DNA of 64,000 nt from Octopus sinensis (taxonomy: Eukaryota), in contig NC_043006.1 of the NCBI RefSeq assembly GCF_006345805.1, forward strand, positions 2,852,001-2,916,000, written 5' to 3'. Position numbers and translations under genes: made by a program. Every line of letters starts with the position of its first letter. The stretch's first letter is position 1. Shown here piece after piece: positions 1 through 12,541 of the stretch. Under the pieces are notes generated by a model. It was not told where the DNA came from. It made no database searches and worked only from the letters and a program-made list of their open reading frames with translations.

Positions 1-480
1 GTAGGGTTTGAACTGAGTGCATCAAGGTACATATTTAAATTCTCACCAAACATTCAGTCTGCCGCCACTCTTCTAGTTCTGCCAACGTTTCCTAATAATT
101 TGATCGTCTGTAACAATAGTTTTTATTGTTTGAACAACTCTTATATGCTGACAGGAATCTTTTGCTATGAATTGTCTTTGAAACTGAAGAGTTGAATAGT
201 CAAAAGCATGTCTACAATTGCTTCTCTGTGTTGTAGAACTGTACAAGAATATCAAAGTCTTATAGAATCAGAGTTAGAGAAGTAGATTTGAAATTGCTGC
301 TTTTTGGGTCTGATTTTACTCTAGTCTTGCATACTTGTTTACTATTATTACAAAGATTTTTCACAATATTGCAGAAAGATCACAGTTTTCTTTTCCAATA
401 TATTTTGTGTATTGTTTCATGTTTTATGGTAACTCTTGTTATTGAGCGCTTGATTTCCATGTTATCTACACACAAGCATG
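1..480 (-). mobile_element. Highly decayed CR1-like LINE fragment (RT C-terminal region)
   Basis: Stop-interrupted minus-strand frame reads DFDILVQFYN...SNY*ETLAELEEWRQTECL. This loosely resembles the CR1 post-RT motifs 'ILLxLYxS' and 'SYEERLxxL...EERR'. Weak similarity. Confidence 0.3.
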
Positions 481-511
481 GCTTTTGATAATATCACTTG
501 CTGTATCTTAG

Positions 512-915
512 GTCCCTAGTTGTAAACATTGGATAATGACTGAAAGAGTGCAGTTGTGAATACAAGTGACCAAAAATGGGGTTCCTCTGAAGGTTTCTGG
601 AGCAATGTTACTCAACAGGTTACATAACTCAGAGGTCAAGGAATCTCTGCAGGTCAAGTCACAACCTCTCCACATTGAGAGGTCATAGCTCTGGTACTAT
701 GCAGACGTGATTAAAATGTTGTAGGAAAGAATCACAAGATGGATTCTACATGTTGAGCCAACCTGCAGAAGATCTTGGGGGAGACCAAGAACAGGATGGT
801 TGGATAATATCCCTAGTTTCAGTTGGTCAAGCTTTGCAATCCCGCTGGAAAATGAAATGGCAGGACCATTTGGAAGAAATGCCTGAGGACTGTACTCCTG
901 TGACTCTCCCGAGAA
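512..915 (+). mobile_element. RTE-clade (Rex3/Expander-like) LINE 3' fragment, pseudogenised
   Basis: Plus frames give HWIMTERVQL*IQ..MGFL, LNRLHNSEVKESLQV..LHIERS*LWYYADVIKML*ERITRWILHVEPTCRRS and a frameshifted RPRTGWLDNI. These match the RTE C-terminal consensus WVMTER..RIQAAEM.FL / IERSQLRW.GH..RM / GRPRTRW. Confidence 0.7.
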
Positions 916-1354
916 TAGTGAAAAAGATGGGTGCCTGGATGACTGTATCTTTGGGTTGACACAAATCCAAGGCCAGCATTGTCACTTACATTAAAGACCT
1001 CTGTCTCGACCACTGCCAGAAAAATCTCAATCATTCTTAATGTTTGCTGGTCTTGAATCAAAACTTTGAGCTGTTATCTTTTCTTAAGAAATACAATATC
1101 ATAAATGCATACAGTAAAGTAGTGGGAATCAAAAGGATCATGGTTATAGACAGTTGGTTAGCTTCACAGCATGAACATGGTTTGTAGAGAGAACACAGAG
1201 TAGATGATGCTCAATGAATAATGAATAAAGTTTATCATTCAGCATATGCAATGCATTTTGCAGGATATTCAATTAGAAATTCCGATAAGACGACTGGCAC
1301 TACACAACTCCAGTAAATAGCATCAAAAGTTGCTAATTAGAAAACACTGATATC

Positions 1355-1394
1355 GTCATCATTTAATGTCCATTTTCCACACTGGTATGGGTTG

Positions 1395-1465
<71 letters not shown>

Positions 1466-1490
1466 AATCTGCATATATATATATATATCT
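1355..1490. repeat. RTE 3'-tail remnant followed by compound (CT)n(TA)n microsatellite
   Basis: atcatcatttaatgtccattttccacactggtatgggttggac is the RTE-type tail seen elsewhere in the window. It runs directly into (CT)n then (TA)n. Confidence 0.8.
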
Positions 1491-2278
1491 GTGTGTGCAT
1501 TACATTAAGTAAGTTAATTTTCCACCGAGTCATAACACTTGACCTTAACCTACAAACTGCCAAAGGAGAAAGAGCCATTAGTTTGAAACACTATATTAAA
1601 CAATCCTAGTTTGCATTGGTTTAGGTTTTTCCGTTTCCATAAACAAATGCACAGTTTATAAATGTGGGAGATGCTAATTGACATGACTTTAATGCTTTCA
1701 TGATGAAATGTAAAGTCTACTTGCTATTGAAGACTATAATTCAGATATTTGATCCGACACTAGAACTTTGGTCTTTTCTCTCTGTCTTCACAACAGTTTC
1801 TCTCAAAACCTTTGATATTTCAGCAACTGGTGTTGTGGTGGTGCTATATAGCTACACCCACCAGTAGGTTTTAGCTATTCATTCATCTCAGCACTGCAGG
1901 CCTTTATCCTATGCTTGCTTTGGGAGCACTGTTAACTCTAAACTTGTAATTTGATAAGGGATATCTGCCATACAGTGGAACAAGCCCCTTTTTATTTTGA
2001 ATATAATTGTTGAGGAATTGTTGTATCAGTGATGCATTTGATTCGGTTTTCGTCGGGATTCCTCATATTTGATGATGTGAAGTGTCAGAATCAAGAACCA
2101 AATTGATGGAATAAGTTGTAGTTGACAATGATAACAGAAGCCATTGGCATAGGTCAGTATTCCTGAAAGTATCTTTCCTTGGTGGCCAGCAGATCCAATC
2201 TATGCTGTTAGCCAAAGAGTCTCAGTGAAACCTCACGTAAAAATTCTCAACTAAAATGAAAATGCCTTTCTTTTCCAG

Positions 2279-2326
2279 AAGAGAATCCCTTTAAGGAAAA
2301 ACTCAAAGGACCCCAGAATATAGCTG
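2279..2326 (+). CDS. Candidate internal exon of unidentified host gene (48 nt, phase 1-1; ENPFKEKLKGPQNIA)
   Basis: Acceptor tgcctttcttttccag, donor CTG|gtattt, length a multiple of 3, only one frame open. No homology recognised. Confidence 0.25.
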
Positions 2327-2437
2327 GTATTTATTAATGCTTGAAAGGTTTTACTGACCCTGGTAAGGAAGCTCCTTAGCTAGATGTCAAGAAATATCAA
2401 GTTGACATTTCATAAATCATAGTCTCAAATAATTATA

Positions 2438-2853
2438 GGTGCAAGTGTGGCTGTGTGGTAAGCAGTTTGCTTCCCAACCACATGGTTCTGAGTTCAGTCC
2501 CAATGCATGGCACCTTGGGCAATTATCTTCTACTACACCTCCAGACCAACAAAAGCCTTGCAAGTGGATTTGAAAGAAACTGAAAGAAGCCTGTTACGTG
2601 TGTGTGTGTGTGTTACTTTCTCCTTGCTTTGACCTTTGATACTTGTAAACGAGTGTCACTTTCATGTAAGTGGTGTCCTTTATTTTTCAGTCTTCTTTAT
2701 AAGACGTGTCTGGTCGTGGAAAAATATTACCTCAGTAACAGATAAGAGTTGGCAGCAGGAAGGGCATCCAACCCATAGAAAATCCACCCCAACAAATTGC
2801 ATCTGACCCATGCAAGCATGGAAAAGTGGATGTTAAAGCGATGATGATGATGA
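2438..2853 (+). mobile_element. tRNA-headed SINE (family A head/core) with RTE-type 3' tail ending (GAT)n
   Basis: Head gtgtggctgtgtggtaag..gagttcagtccc, core ggcaccttgggcaa, tail ggaagggcatcca...catgcaagcatggaaaagtggatgttaaa followed by (gat)n. Confidence 0.85.
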
Positions 2854-3284
2854 CTTATAAAGAGGCCCCCTACTTGTAACATACTGTCATGATTCAAGCA
2901 CTCTCTTACTCTGTCTTAACACCTTAGATGTTCAAATGTTTTCTTGGTTTTATAAGAAAACACTTTGTCTTGAAGAAGTGTTTGCAAAGTGCTGACTGAC
3001 TGAAAAACAACCTGAGTTGCAGGTTATATTGATGGAAAAAGGAACCTTAATTGTCTCATCCTTGTAATGAAGGAGTTCTTTCATTTCTGTTTTTACCTCT
3101 GCTTACCATTATTTGTGGAACTGTCTGTATTAGTAGAATGATGTTCAGCTCTTCGTATTGCTTCTGTGTCACCTGTCTCTATCATATTCAGTGACCATTC
3201 TTTACGCTAGCTCAATAATGCACATACCCAGTGAAAAAAATTCATCACTATAATTACTTGATGATGTGTAACTACACATTTTTA

Positions 3285-3675
3285 GGGGCAGGCGTGGCTG
3301 TGTGGTAAGTAGCTTGCTTCCCAACCGCATGGTTCTGGGTTCAGTTCTACTACAGACCACCTTGGGAAAGTGTCTTCTACCATAGCTTTGGGCCATAGAT
3401 TTGGTTGGTAGAAACTGAAAGAGGCCTGTTGTATGCATGTGCACACGTGCATGTGTGTGTCTTTGTGTCTGTGTTTGTCCCCCACCACAGCTTGATAACT
3501 GGTGTTAATGTGTTTATGTCCCCATAACTTAACAGTTCAGCAAAAGAGACTGATAGAATAAGTACCAGAGTTTAAAAAATAATCAGTACTGGGGTTGATC
3601 AATTCATCTAAAAATTCTTCAAGGCAGAACCCCTGCATGGCAAACATCTAATGACTAAAATAAGAAAGAGACAAA
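3285..3675 (+). mobile_element. SINE family A, near full length (CORE-like tRNA SINE)
   Basis: ggcgtggctgtgtggtaagtagcttgcttcccaacc...caccttgggaaagtgtcttctac...ggaaactgaaag...cataacttaacagttcagcaaaagagactgatagaataagtacc. Matches many other copies in the window. Confidence 0.9.
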
Positions 3676-4194
3676 AAGAAAATTTAACCCATTTAGGACC
3701 TGTCCAAAAGCACTGATTCTAACAGAACAGGTATACTGGGAAATGGCCTGATTGGGAATGCTTACAAATGCTTGTTGTTTACTTATGGTGTAGTTTATTG
3801 AATGCATAAACAGCCTCAAGCTACACAGGTAGCAACAGCTGCACATGACATACATGGATTAGAGACCACATGACTATAACACCCTCGTGTCATATAAGGA
3901 CATCTTGTCTGCTTCCAGAATAAGCTACAGTTTCTATCAAAACCTTTGGTAGCTTATTACTAACTTACGTATTTATAAAAATAAAAAAAAAGCAATGTGG
4001 TACTTTTTAGTTGATGTAACCATAGGATAATGATTACTATAATTTTATGATTTTTTTTTTTTAGTTTATTGATAGAATTTAATACTGTAGCCTGCACATT
4101 GTTGTTGTGAGTCATGAAACTGTTAATGCTCTTTACAGTTTGTTTCATATCAAATTCTTCAGTTCAGCATTACACCAAGATATTGGATTCCTTT

Positions 4195-4570
4195 TTATCT
4201 TCTGCTTGTTTCAGTCATTGGACTGCAGCCATGCTGGGGTCACCACCTTGAAGGTTTTAGTCCCAAAAATTGATCCCACTACTTATATTTTTTAAGCCCG
4301 TTACTTTTTCTATTGGGCACTTTTTGCTGAACTTCTAAGTTACAGGAATGTAAACAAACCAACACAGGTTGTAAGCGGTGGAAGGGGGACAAACACAAGC
4401 ACAAAAACATGCATATGGCAGGCTTCTTTCAGTTTCTACCTACCAAATTCATTCATGAAGCTTTGGTTTGGCCTGAGGCTGTAGTAGAAGACAGTTAGCT
4501 TTGGTGCCATGCAGTGGGATTGAACCTAGAACCATGTGTTTGGGAAGCAAGCTTCTTACTGCATAACCAT
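4195..4570 (-). mobile_element. SINE family A, reverse orientation
   Basis: Reverse complement of the 3285-3675 copy (ttgtttcagtcattggactgcagccatgctgg...cttctttcagtttc...gggaagcaagcttctta). Confidence 0.9.
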
Positions 4571-5286
4571 GTTATTAAGTGACTTTTATTTCTTTCCTAT
4601 TTCTATACTCACAGGAAAACATAGGACAGCACTTAATACTCTAAATAATGAGTAGCAACTCCCTTGTCAAAAACATTGAGGAGTTGAGGCTGCTAAATGA
4701 TGACAAAATACTCTTTTATTGCCCTCCTCTGAAACTGGCATCAAAATATTTTCAGCCACAAACCGCTTCTGCATGAACACCCACTCATCTAAACACCGTG
4801 TCACAGGTGATATATTGTGGTCTGGGGTCATAATAATACTTGGCATTCCTGGTAGGATAAACCTGTGGGGCATATCATTGTGCCAGGACACAGAAGACAG
4901 ACGTTATTCAACAATGACAGCAACAATCTGCCGGTTACATTGGTTGCACATTAAGTGTCCACATTAGTTACTACTGGCTGAGAAATCTAAGCTACATTAT
5001 GAAGGACTTGTGTGAAGTAAATGATTTGCTACCTGATGAGTATATAAGGCTGGCTTTATGAAATTGGTATGAGGTAATTGCAATAATTAAAAGTAAAGGT
5101 AACAGGCTATAGGGAGTTAGCATAAAGGGATTTTTTAAAGTCTTTAGAAAGGTTTGTGAAACTTAGTTTCAGTGTCAGCTGTGTCGGCACCTGTCGAGAC
5201 ACTTAACATGCACTGCACAATTCGCAGCAGATAATGAACTACCACTCAACAATGGCCTGATCCCTTCTCCATTGAGTGAGCTCGTG

Positions 5287-5546
5287 AAGGTGCGTAGCCT
5301 AGTGGTTAGGCTGTTGCACTCATGATCACTAGATCGTGGGTTTGATTCCTTGACTGGGTAGCACGTTGTGTTCTTGAGCAAAACACTTCCTTTCACATTG
5401 CTCCAGCCCCCCTTTGATTGATGGGGAATGTTGGCTTGCTCACCTAGCCAGTAGGGTGGCATCATTTGAAGGCTAAAACAATGCAAAAGCGCATTGTGAT
5501 CAGCGATGTGTAACAACGTCTGATAGCTTGGTCGGTTATGTGTCAT
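5287..5546 (+). mobile_element. SINE family C variant (tRNA head)
   Basis: A-box-like tagcctagtggttagg, B-box-like ggtttgattcc, and the family core tgtgttcttgagcaaaacacttc..tttcacattgctccag. Confidence 0.8.
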
Positions 5547-6423
5547 ATCACATCACGTAACACCACATGTCGCTCATTCTTTATGCATTCCTTTCTGTTT
5601 GTTTTAAAATATTTTGTAAAGACAAGAGTTATTAAAATGCTGAACGACAGAACGAAATGTTATGATTTCAAATGCTGTTGTAGGATTAAGTTCAACTCCT
5701 CTGAGTCAGATTGATCAAACCATTACCTATCTCTGTTGTTTCATGGTTAAATGCTTACAAAAGTATATCCAGCTGTGAAATATTGATTTTTACTATTCTA
5801 CTGACAGTTGAGATTTGCTGGCCCATCTTGCCTACGTCAGTATAATGGCAACTGAAGAATAAAGATTTTTAGAACTATAAAACCCATTGCAAAAAATCAA
5901 TAATAATAATTTGTATCTTATCCTGTGTAAAATAAAATGATTGTTTGCCTTATGGGGCTCTTTTACTAAGCTTGTTTAGTTATATGATTTTTCTTTACCT
6001 ATAATTTTATTGTGAATGTCTGCTTTCCACTTGTTTGAAAATCTGAGTTATAGTGTCCAGTTTTATGGAATATTAAATTCAAAACCAATACCACAAAGTA
6101 GTTAGAAATATAAATATACTTATGTAAAGTGAAGACAATGCTAATTGTTATAAGGCTTTTTGTGACCCAGTTTAATTTATATTTCAGACTTGTGAAATAT
6201 TTATAAAGTTACTACTCCTTAAACTTAATGCTTTAGCCGAGAGTCCTGATTACAGCATCAATAAAAATGTAAGCAGAGTGATATAGGAGCTCTCTTAAAA
6301 CCACTCTTGACAGTTTTAACTTTGAAACGGTTTCTGTTTAGAGTTTTCCAAACTAGCTTTCTGAATCTGTATCAGCTATAACTATTTTGTTGTTTTAATC
6401 CTGGAAGTGGACTGATTTTCACT

Positions 6424-6652
6424 TAAACCTATAGCATTTAAACCAGCCATCTCATGCCCAAATATTCTTCATATTTTCTATGTTCAAACTGGCCAGATCC
6501 AGCCTCTCACACTGACCCTAGAATGTCATTCTTGAAATATGCAATCACATCCTTGAAATCTTGAAAGTACAAGTGAATGCATGATTACTTTGAAGCAGTG
6601 TGACGAAATAAACATTATGTTTGACAGAATAATCTAAAAGTTAAATGGTTGA
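6424..6652. mobile_element. piggyBac-like MITE copy (degenerate)
   Basis: Internal sequence (tagcatttaaaccagcc..caaatattc..tgttcaaactggccagatcc..aatgtcattc) matches the copies at 19517 and 25973. Termini are decayed. Confidence 0.7.
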
Positions 6653-7669
6653 ATAAAAACACAATAATGATGTAAGCTGTTCATATTTTGGTGCAGTCTT
6701 GCAGTTCACAAATCAGTTTGAAATATAAATCAGAGATAATTGTTCTAAGTCATCTGTCCACCAAACTTTCTTACATATCTCGAGCACCTCTTCCAGATCT
6801 GTACTTTAGGGTTTTTACTGGAGAGCCACGGGTTGAACAGCTTTGACAAAATTCCATAGCTTTAAAAAAAACACTTTTCTAGATGTGCTACTATTCATGC
6901 CTGTTGCTGCAAGGTGCACTGGACAGCACCGGCTCCTCACTATTTATTGGTGAACCCTCAGATGTAGAAAATACAGTTTGCAAAGACATTCCTGCAACAC
7001 AAATTAGTGCCCTTCCAGAATATTCTGAAGCAACCCCAGGGCAGCAAAGTCTGGCAATGGGCCTGTCACTGTGAGACCCTCTTGGAGCATAATTTGTTGT
7101 TTATGAGAGTGAAGCAGAACAGTCTTGATGTCTTGACTAAAGATACGGAGCAAAATGTGTGTTAGTAAGCAATTTATCAACTATGAACCAATTAAATAAT
7201 AAAAACATTATCCATTAGGCCACCGTGACTTCTTTTTATGGCCTCTGTAAAGCAACAGTTGTAAAGATGTACTACATACTTACATATAAAAGGTCACCTG
7301 GATTTTTACATATGAGTAGGCATAACGTACTGAATAGCTGTAATGTTTATTGTTACTGGTTCATTGTTGTATGACTTAAACTTGTTTTCAAATCATGATA
7401 ATGCAGAGTCACATCGTGAATTTATATAAACCAATTTACCTAAACAACATACAATAGGTTATTTATAGCTGGCATGGACTAAAATAAAACATCCGATCTT
7501 GTCATACTGGTGTGTTGTTGTTGTTGTTGTTGTTATTTCATATGCAGCCGACAGGATTAAACTGTTGGGAAAGAAAAAAAGGAGATTCCTAACGTTGACC
7601 TACAACATGTCACCTGAGATGACAAAACCCTTCCTAAATATCCCAATATAATAATAATAATAATAATAA

Positions 7670-7810
7670 TGGTTTCAAATTTTGGCACAAGGCCAGCAAT
7701 TTGGGGGAAGGCGTTAAATCAGTTACCTTGACCCCTCAGCTCTTTACTGGTCCTTATTTTATCGACCCTGAAATTATGAAAAGTGAAGTAACCTCAGTGG
7801 AATTTGAAAA
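7670..7810 (-). mobile_element. SINE family B, 5'-truncated
   Basis: (aat)n ggtttcaaattttggcacaaggccagcaattt...ttattttatcgaccctgaaa...ggaatttgaa, the reverse complement of the family body and tail. Confidence 0.85.
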
Positions 7811-7835
7811 TAATAATAATAATTTCTGGCAGTAA

Positions 7836-8058
7836 TAATAATCCTTTCTACTATAGGCACAAGGCCTGAAATTTTAGCGGGGGGGGGGGGATAATCGACT
7901 ACATTGGCCGGAGTAGTCGACTGATACTTGTTTTATCAACCCTGAAGGATGGAAAGCAAAGTTGACCACAGTGTAATTTGAACTCAGAATGTGAAGATGG
8001 ACAAAATACTGCTAAGCATTTTGCCCAGCTGCTGACAATTCTGCCAGCTGGCCACCTC
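7836..8058 (-). mobile_element. SINE family B (tRNA head at right end)
   Basis: aggcacaaggcctgaaatttt...atcaaccctgaaggatggaaagcaaagttgacc...gaactcagaatg...ctaagcattttgccc...ctgccagctggccacct. The reverse complement carries A/B-box-like motifs. Confidence 0.85.
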
Positions 8059-8094
<36 letters not shown>

Positions 8095-8130
8095 TATTAT
8101 TATTATTATTAGTTTATTGTTGTTGTTATT
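8058..8130. repeat. (AAT)n/(ATT)n/(GTT)n microsatellite
   Basis: Direct reading. Confidence 0.95.
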
Positions 8131-8724
8131 TTGTTTCAGATGTGATTGTAAACCTGTTAAATGACTCATAATTTGTACAGTTACTGAGTTAATTTAGATA
8201 GGCATTTAGCTCTCTGGCTGAAGCTCATTAACAATCACAACCAGTTTACGGTGACTTTTCCCATTCATACCCTCTCTGCGTACCTGGATACGTGTCTGCG
8301 TATCGATTTAAACTTAAATTTGAACCACTTCCCTCGTAAACAAAGTTTTCTCATTTCTAAGTTGGAAGATGATTTACTGAATAACAAAAGCAATGGCAGT
8401 GACAACAACAACAACAACAACAACAACATCAATGACTGTAGTTTGTTTTAGCCAGAGTAATTCGGTCGAGCAGTTTGAGCTATTGTTATTTAATGATGGT
8501 ATCTTTAGTTTTGAGTGAAATAAATTACTTGACAAGTTAGTGTTTTATAGTATTCTATAACCTCAGTTTTCATAAAATTTCTTTATCACACAAACCTACC
8601 AACTTCAATTCTCTTGTTCTCACCTTTGACTGCTTTCTATATACATATTTCATTTCATTCTAATTTAGTTATTTGCTTGCCAGGTCACTAACATTTTGTC
8701 TGTATCATTGGCTTTCTACTTCAG

Positions 8725-8735
8725 TCAACATATAA
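8725..8735 (+). CDS. Candidate 11-nt microexon
   Basis: Branch-like cactaac, pyrimidine tract ggctttctacttcag, donor TAA|gtgagg. Not frame-preserving on its own. Confidence 0.2.
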
Positions 8736-9244
8736 GTGAGGTTATATGTGTTTGTTTTATATCATTATTCTTTGGTGTCTGTATGCATATATTTGTGTGT
8801 CTATGTGTGTGTCTATGTGTGTGTGTGTGTGCATTCATGCATAGTCAGAACTTCAGTTTTTGAAAGCAACTCATCCATGTATGATAGGTTTGCTCAATAG
8901 CTTTGGTGGTTGATTTAGTTCTTGCTTGTCAAGTTTTCCTTTCTCCATTAGTATCATACGAACATTTTTATTGCTCTACTGAGACAACAATGCAGATTGC
9001 AATAAAGATGTTTTAGCTTACATCAGTTTGTTTCAAGTCTATTCAACTAGTTTGCATTAAATTTGCTCTGCATGTATGCACACCAAATGAATTTACTATA
9101 GACTGCTTCTCTTCTGCTGCTGTTCCCACTTTCATTTCCATACTACTCTCAAAGACAACACATGTTTACAGTCTCATTCAAATTACCTTCAAGAAACTTG
9201 CATTATATGTGTGCGTGTGTGTGTGTGTGTATCTACATATCACC

Positions 9245-10745
9245 ACCATCATTTAATGTTCATTTTCCATGCTGGCATGGGTTGGACGGTTCGACAGAAG
9301 CTGGTAAGGTTGGGGGCTGCACCAGGCTCCGTTGTCTGTTCTGGCATGGTTTCTATGGCTGGATGCCATTTCTAAGACCAACCACTTTACAAAGTGTCCT
9401 GGGGGCATTTTGTGTGGCACCAGCACTATCATCATCATCATCATCATTGTTTAATGTCCGTTTTCCATGCTGGCATGGGTTGGACGGTCTGACTGAAGTC
9501 TGGAGAGCCAGCGGCTACACCAGGCTCCTATCTAATCTGGCAGTGTTTCTACAGCTGGATGATCTTCCTAATGCCCACCACTCCAAGAGTGCAGTGGGAG
9601 CTTCTTATGTGTCACCGGCATGGGGGCCAGTCAGATAGTTCTAGCTTTTTACATAGCACCGTCATGGGAGCCAGTCAGGCGGACTTGGCATCAACCACAT
9701 TCAGATGGTGCTTTTTACATGCCACCAGCATAGGGAGCCAGTCAGGGGACACTGGCATTGACCACATTTTGATGATGCCTTTCATGTGCCACCGGAATAG
9801 GGACCAGTTAGGGAGCACTGGCCACAGCTGTGATTTTGGTTTTACTTGACTCAACAGAACTTCCCAAACATATCATATCAGCCAATGCATCAAGGGTATG
9901 CAACACTGGCATCGGCCATGGCTGCGATCTCTCTTTAGTTGCTGGGTCTTCTCAGTCACGGCATATCTCCAAAGGTCTTCGTCTCCTGTCCCTGCCCCTG
10001 TGAGGCCCAATGTTCGAAGGTCATGCTTCACCACCTCATTTACCTCTTCCCACATGTTCCCTCCACAGTTAACGAGTGGTACTTCCTTGCACAGCTGTCC
10101 TCATCCATGCATAACACATGACCATACCAGTGCAATCATCTCCCTTGCACACCACATTTGATGCTTCTTACGTCTAACTTGTCTCTCGTGGCACTTACAC
10201 TGTCCCTTCTATGTACACTGATATTACTCATCCAGCAGATCATACTGCCACACACAAAAACTATCTTCATTTCTTTCAAGCCTACGCATGTCCTCAGCAG
10301 TCATGGCCCTTGTTTCACTCCTGTGTAGCATGGCAGTTTGCACACATGCATCATACAGTCTACCTTTCATCCTGAATGAGAGGCCCCTTAGTTGCTTGCA
10401 GCAGTAGGAGCTCCCTGAATTTTGCCCAGGCTTTTCTTATTCTAACCACTACACTCCCAGAGCAACCATCCCCACTACAGACTTGATCGCCTAGGTAACA
10501 GAAGCTATTAACTACTTCTAGTTTCTCCCCCTGGCATGTGATGGAATCTGTTTTCTGTACATCTTCAGTGTTTATTGCCCCTGTGCATCTACAACACACA
10601 AAAACTATCTTCCTGGTTAACCTTCCTTTGATATTGCTGCACCTTTTATGTGCCCATAGCTTATACCAGGTATGTCCTATGGGGTTTCTACCCATGCCTT
10701 TTCTACAAATTGAGCAGGCCATCTACCTGGAGGGCTTTTTGATTT
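9245..10745 (-). mobile_element. RTE LINE 3' portion (RT C-terminus with Cys-rich insert) plus two tandem 3' UTR/tails with (GAT)n
   Basis: ORF 10360-10722 (CSICRKGMGRN..WAHKRCSNIKGRL..CCRCTG..LEVVNSFCYLGD..RIRKAWAKFRELL) and a downstream frame SMICWMSNIS...LHWYGHVLCMDEDSCARK. Tails appear as (cat)n ttaatgt..ttttccatgctggcatgggttggacgg on + at 9245 and 9430. Confidence 0.9.
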
Positions 10746-10891
10746 GACAGCCTTCCTACTTGCTAAGACTTTGGTTTTTGCTAGGTTAATCCCAAGGCCG
10801 TTCGATACGTACATATATATATATATATATGTATGTATGTATATATACACACACACATATATATCTATGTATATATATAAACTCTCCCTAT

Positions 10892-11352
10892 ATATATATA
10901 TAGGGAGAGTTTACGAAAAAAATCAACAAAAGACGAAGACAGGTGGTCTACAAAACAAACAGATGTCATTGCCGAGGTGGATGTCTCGGAGGTGTTCCGC
11001 AAACCGGTCAACCAAGCAGCGTCCCATTTGTCCGATGTACAGGGACTGGCAGAGAGAGCAGGAGATGCAATAGATGATATTGCTGGAGGTGCAGGTGAAG
11101 GAGTCGATGATGCAATAGTCTCCGGTGAGGAGAGTGGTGTTGGAAAGGTAAGGGCAAGTGCAGCAGTGTGGGCGGGAGCAGGGGAATGAGGTAGGGCTGG
11201 GGAAGAAGCTGTGGACCAAGAGGTCTCGTAGGTTGTGGGCTCGTTTGAAGGAGGGGAGGGGTCAGTTAGGGAAGATGTGTGAAGTGGACGGGTCGCACTG
11301 GAGATGCCGGAAAGCTCGGAGAATGGTGCGTTGGAGAGGTAGGGTGGTAGGT
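10892..11352 (-). mobile_element. Penelope-like element 3' fragment (GIY-YIG endonuclease) inserted in (TA)n
   Basis: Frameshifted minus frames: LTYHP, RTILRAFRHLQCDPSTSHIFPN*PLPSFKRAHNLRDLLVHS, then CSRPHCCTCPY..SFTCTSSNIIYCISCSLCQSLYIGQMGRCLVDRFAEHLRDI. This is the Penelope linker, zinc motif and GIY-YIG signature. Confidence 0.9.
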
Positions 11353-11457
11353 GAGGGACATGCACATATATATCTATGTATTCTGCTGTGGTGGATGGGC
11401 CTTCCTGTGTACAGCAAGGTGCCAGATATCTCAGTCCTTCATCATCTTGAGGGCACA

Positions 11458-11590
11458 GGAATTGTTCCTATATGTTTGTGAGCTTGAAAAGTTCACTTTA
11501 AAGCCATTTAATTTTGGGTTCAGCCCCACTGTGTGGCACCTTGGGCAAGTGTCTTCTGTTATAGCCCTGGGTTAACAAAAAACTCATGAG
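11458..11590 (+). mobile_element. SINE family A 5' part
   Basis: ttgggttcagccccactgtgtggcaccttgggcaagtgtcttctgttatagccc. Confidence 0.8.
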
Positions 11591-12169
11591 AGGCTTTGAT
11601 AAACTTCTACACATTTGGCACTTGGGCAGTGTTGGCTATTGTTACTAGTGTGTGTGTTTGTGTGTGTGTGTGTGTGTGTAGTTTGTATTTTTCTGGTGTG
11701 TATGTCTGCACATGTGTGCCTTAGTTCAGTTTATTTCTATTTCAATTTTTTGTTAAAAATAAATCTGTATGTGTCTAATATATCTTCAATTTATGTCCAT
11801 GTTAGCCTGAGTTGAACAAGTCATGCACCAAATCAGTTCTTATTCATAGTTGTTGCCCTCTTACACAAATTGGAGGACCACATCTTACTCATACATTTCA
11901 TTTTTCGCTTGCTATCTGTGGTTGGATGCCCTTCCTATTACCAACGGTTTTATAAAATGTACTGGATGCATTTTTCCATGGCTCCTTCATTGGAATGGTT
12001 GACATGTACTTGACAAGACTAAATGGTCCTCTTGACATTTTGTCACTGCTTGTTTGCCCACAATTTTACTGACTGCACTGAGTGACTTTATATCATGGTG
12101 CTAGCACAAGAGACATTGCTCCGAATCCCCTACACTATACGATAATAGACTCATTCAGTGAATGCTGTG

Positions 12170-12478
12170 TATCTGGATAGAAGAGAGATTATAGTGATAG
12201 AAGAATCAAGATGAGTGGGTGAAGGTTGCCAGGGTACAATGGAGAGGAAGAGGAGAGAGAGAGAGAGAGAGAGGAATGATAGTAAAGGTGAATTGTGGTA
12301 AGAGTAAGTGAATGATGAGTGAAAGAGAGATGAGTGGTAGTGATAAGTATAATAGGGAGAAAAGTAATGGGGATATGTGAATTGTGTGACAGAGAGAGAG
12401 AGACGAGTGATAGAAAGTGAGTAGAGGCAAGGGAGGTAACAGATGTAGACTTGACATTTTTGGAGAGATAACCAAATG

Positions 12479-12515
<37 letters not shown>

Positions 12516-12541
12516 GTGTGTGTGCGTGTGTGTGTGTGTGC
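12170..12541. repeat. Degenerate GA-rich low-complexity tract followed by (GT)n
   Basis: Purine-rich gagagtgatagaa-type motifs, then (tg)n at 12483-12541. Explains the spurious ORFs 12151-12594 and 12206-12475. Confidence 0.8.

Noticed and set aside
860-905. WKMKWQDHLEEMPED, resembling an RT C-terminal motif
   Set aside because: It is an alternative frame of the Rex3-like RTE tail, whose true RW.GH motif lies upstream at ~690.
5030-5065. cCTGATGAg...GAAA motif
   Set aside because: Four extra nucleotides precede the stem and there is no stem I/III; consistent with chance.
6883-7074. 63-aa ORF after ttttctag as a terminal exon
   Set aside because: Weak pyrimidine tract, no homology, and inconsistent with better exon candidates further downstream.
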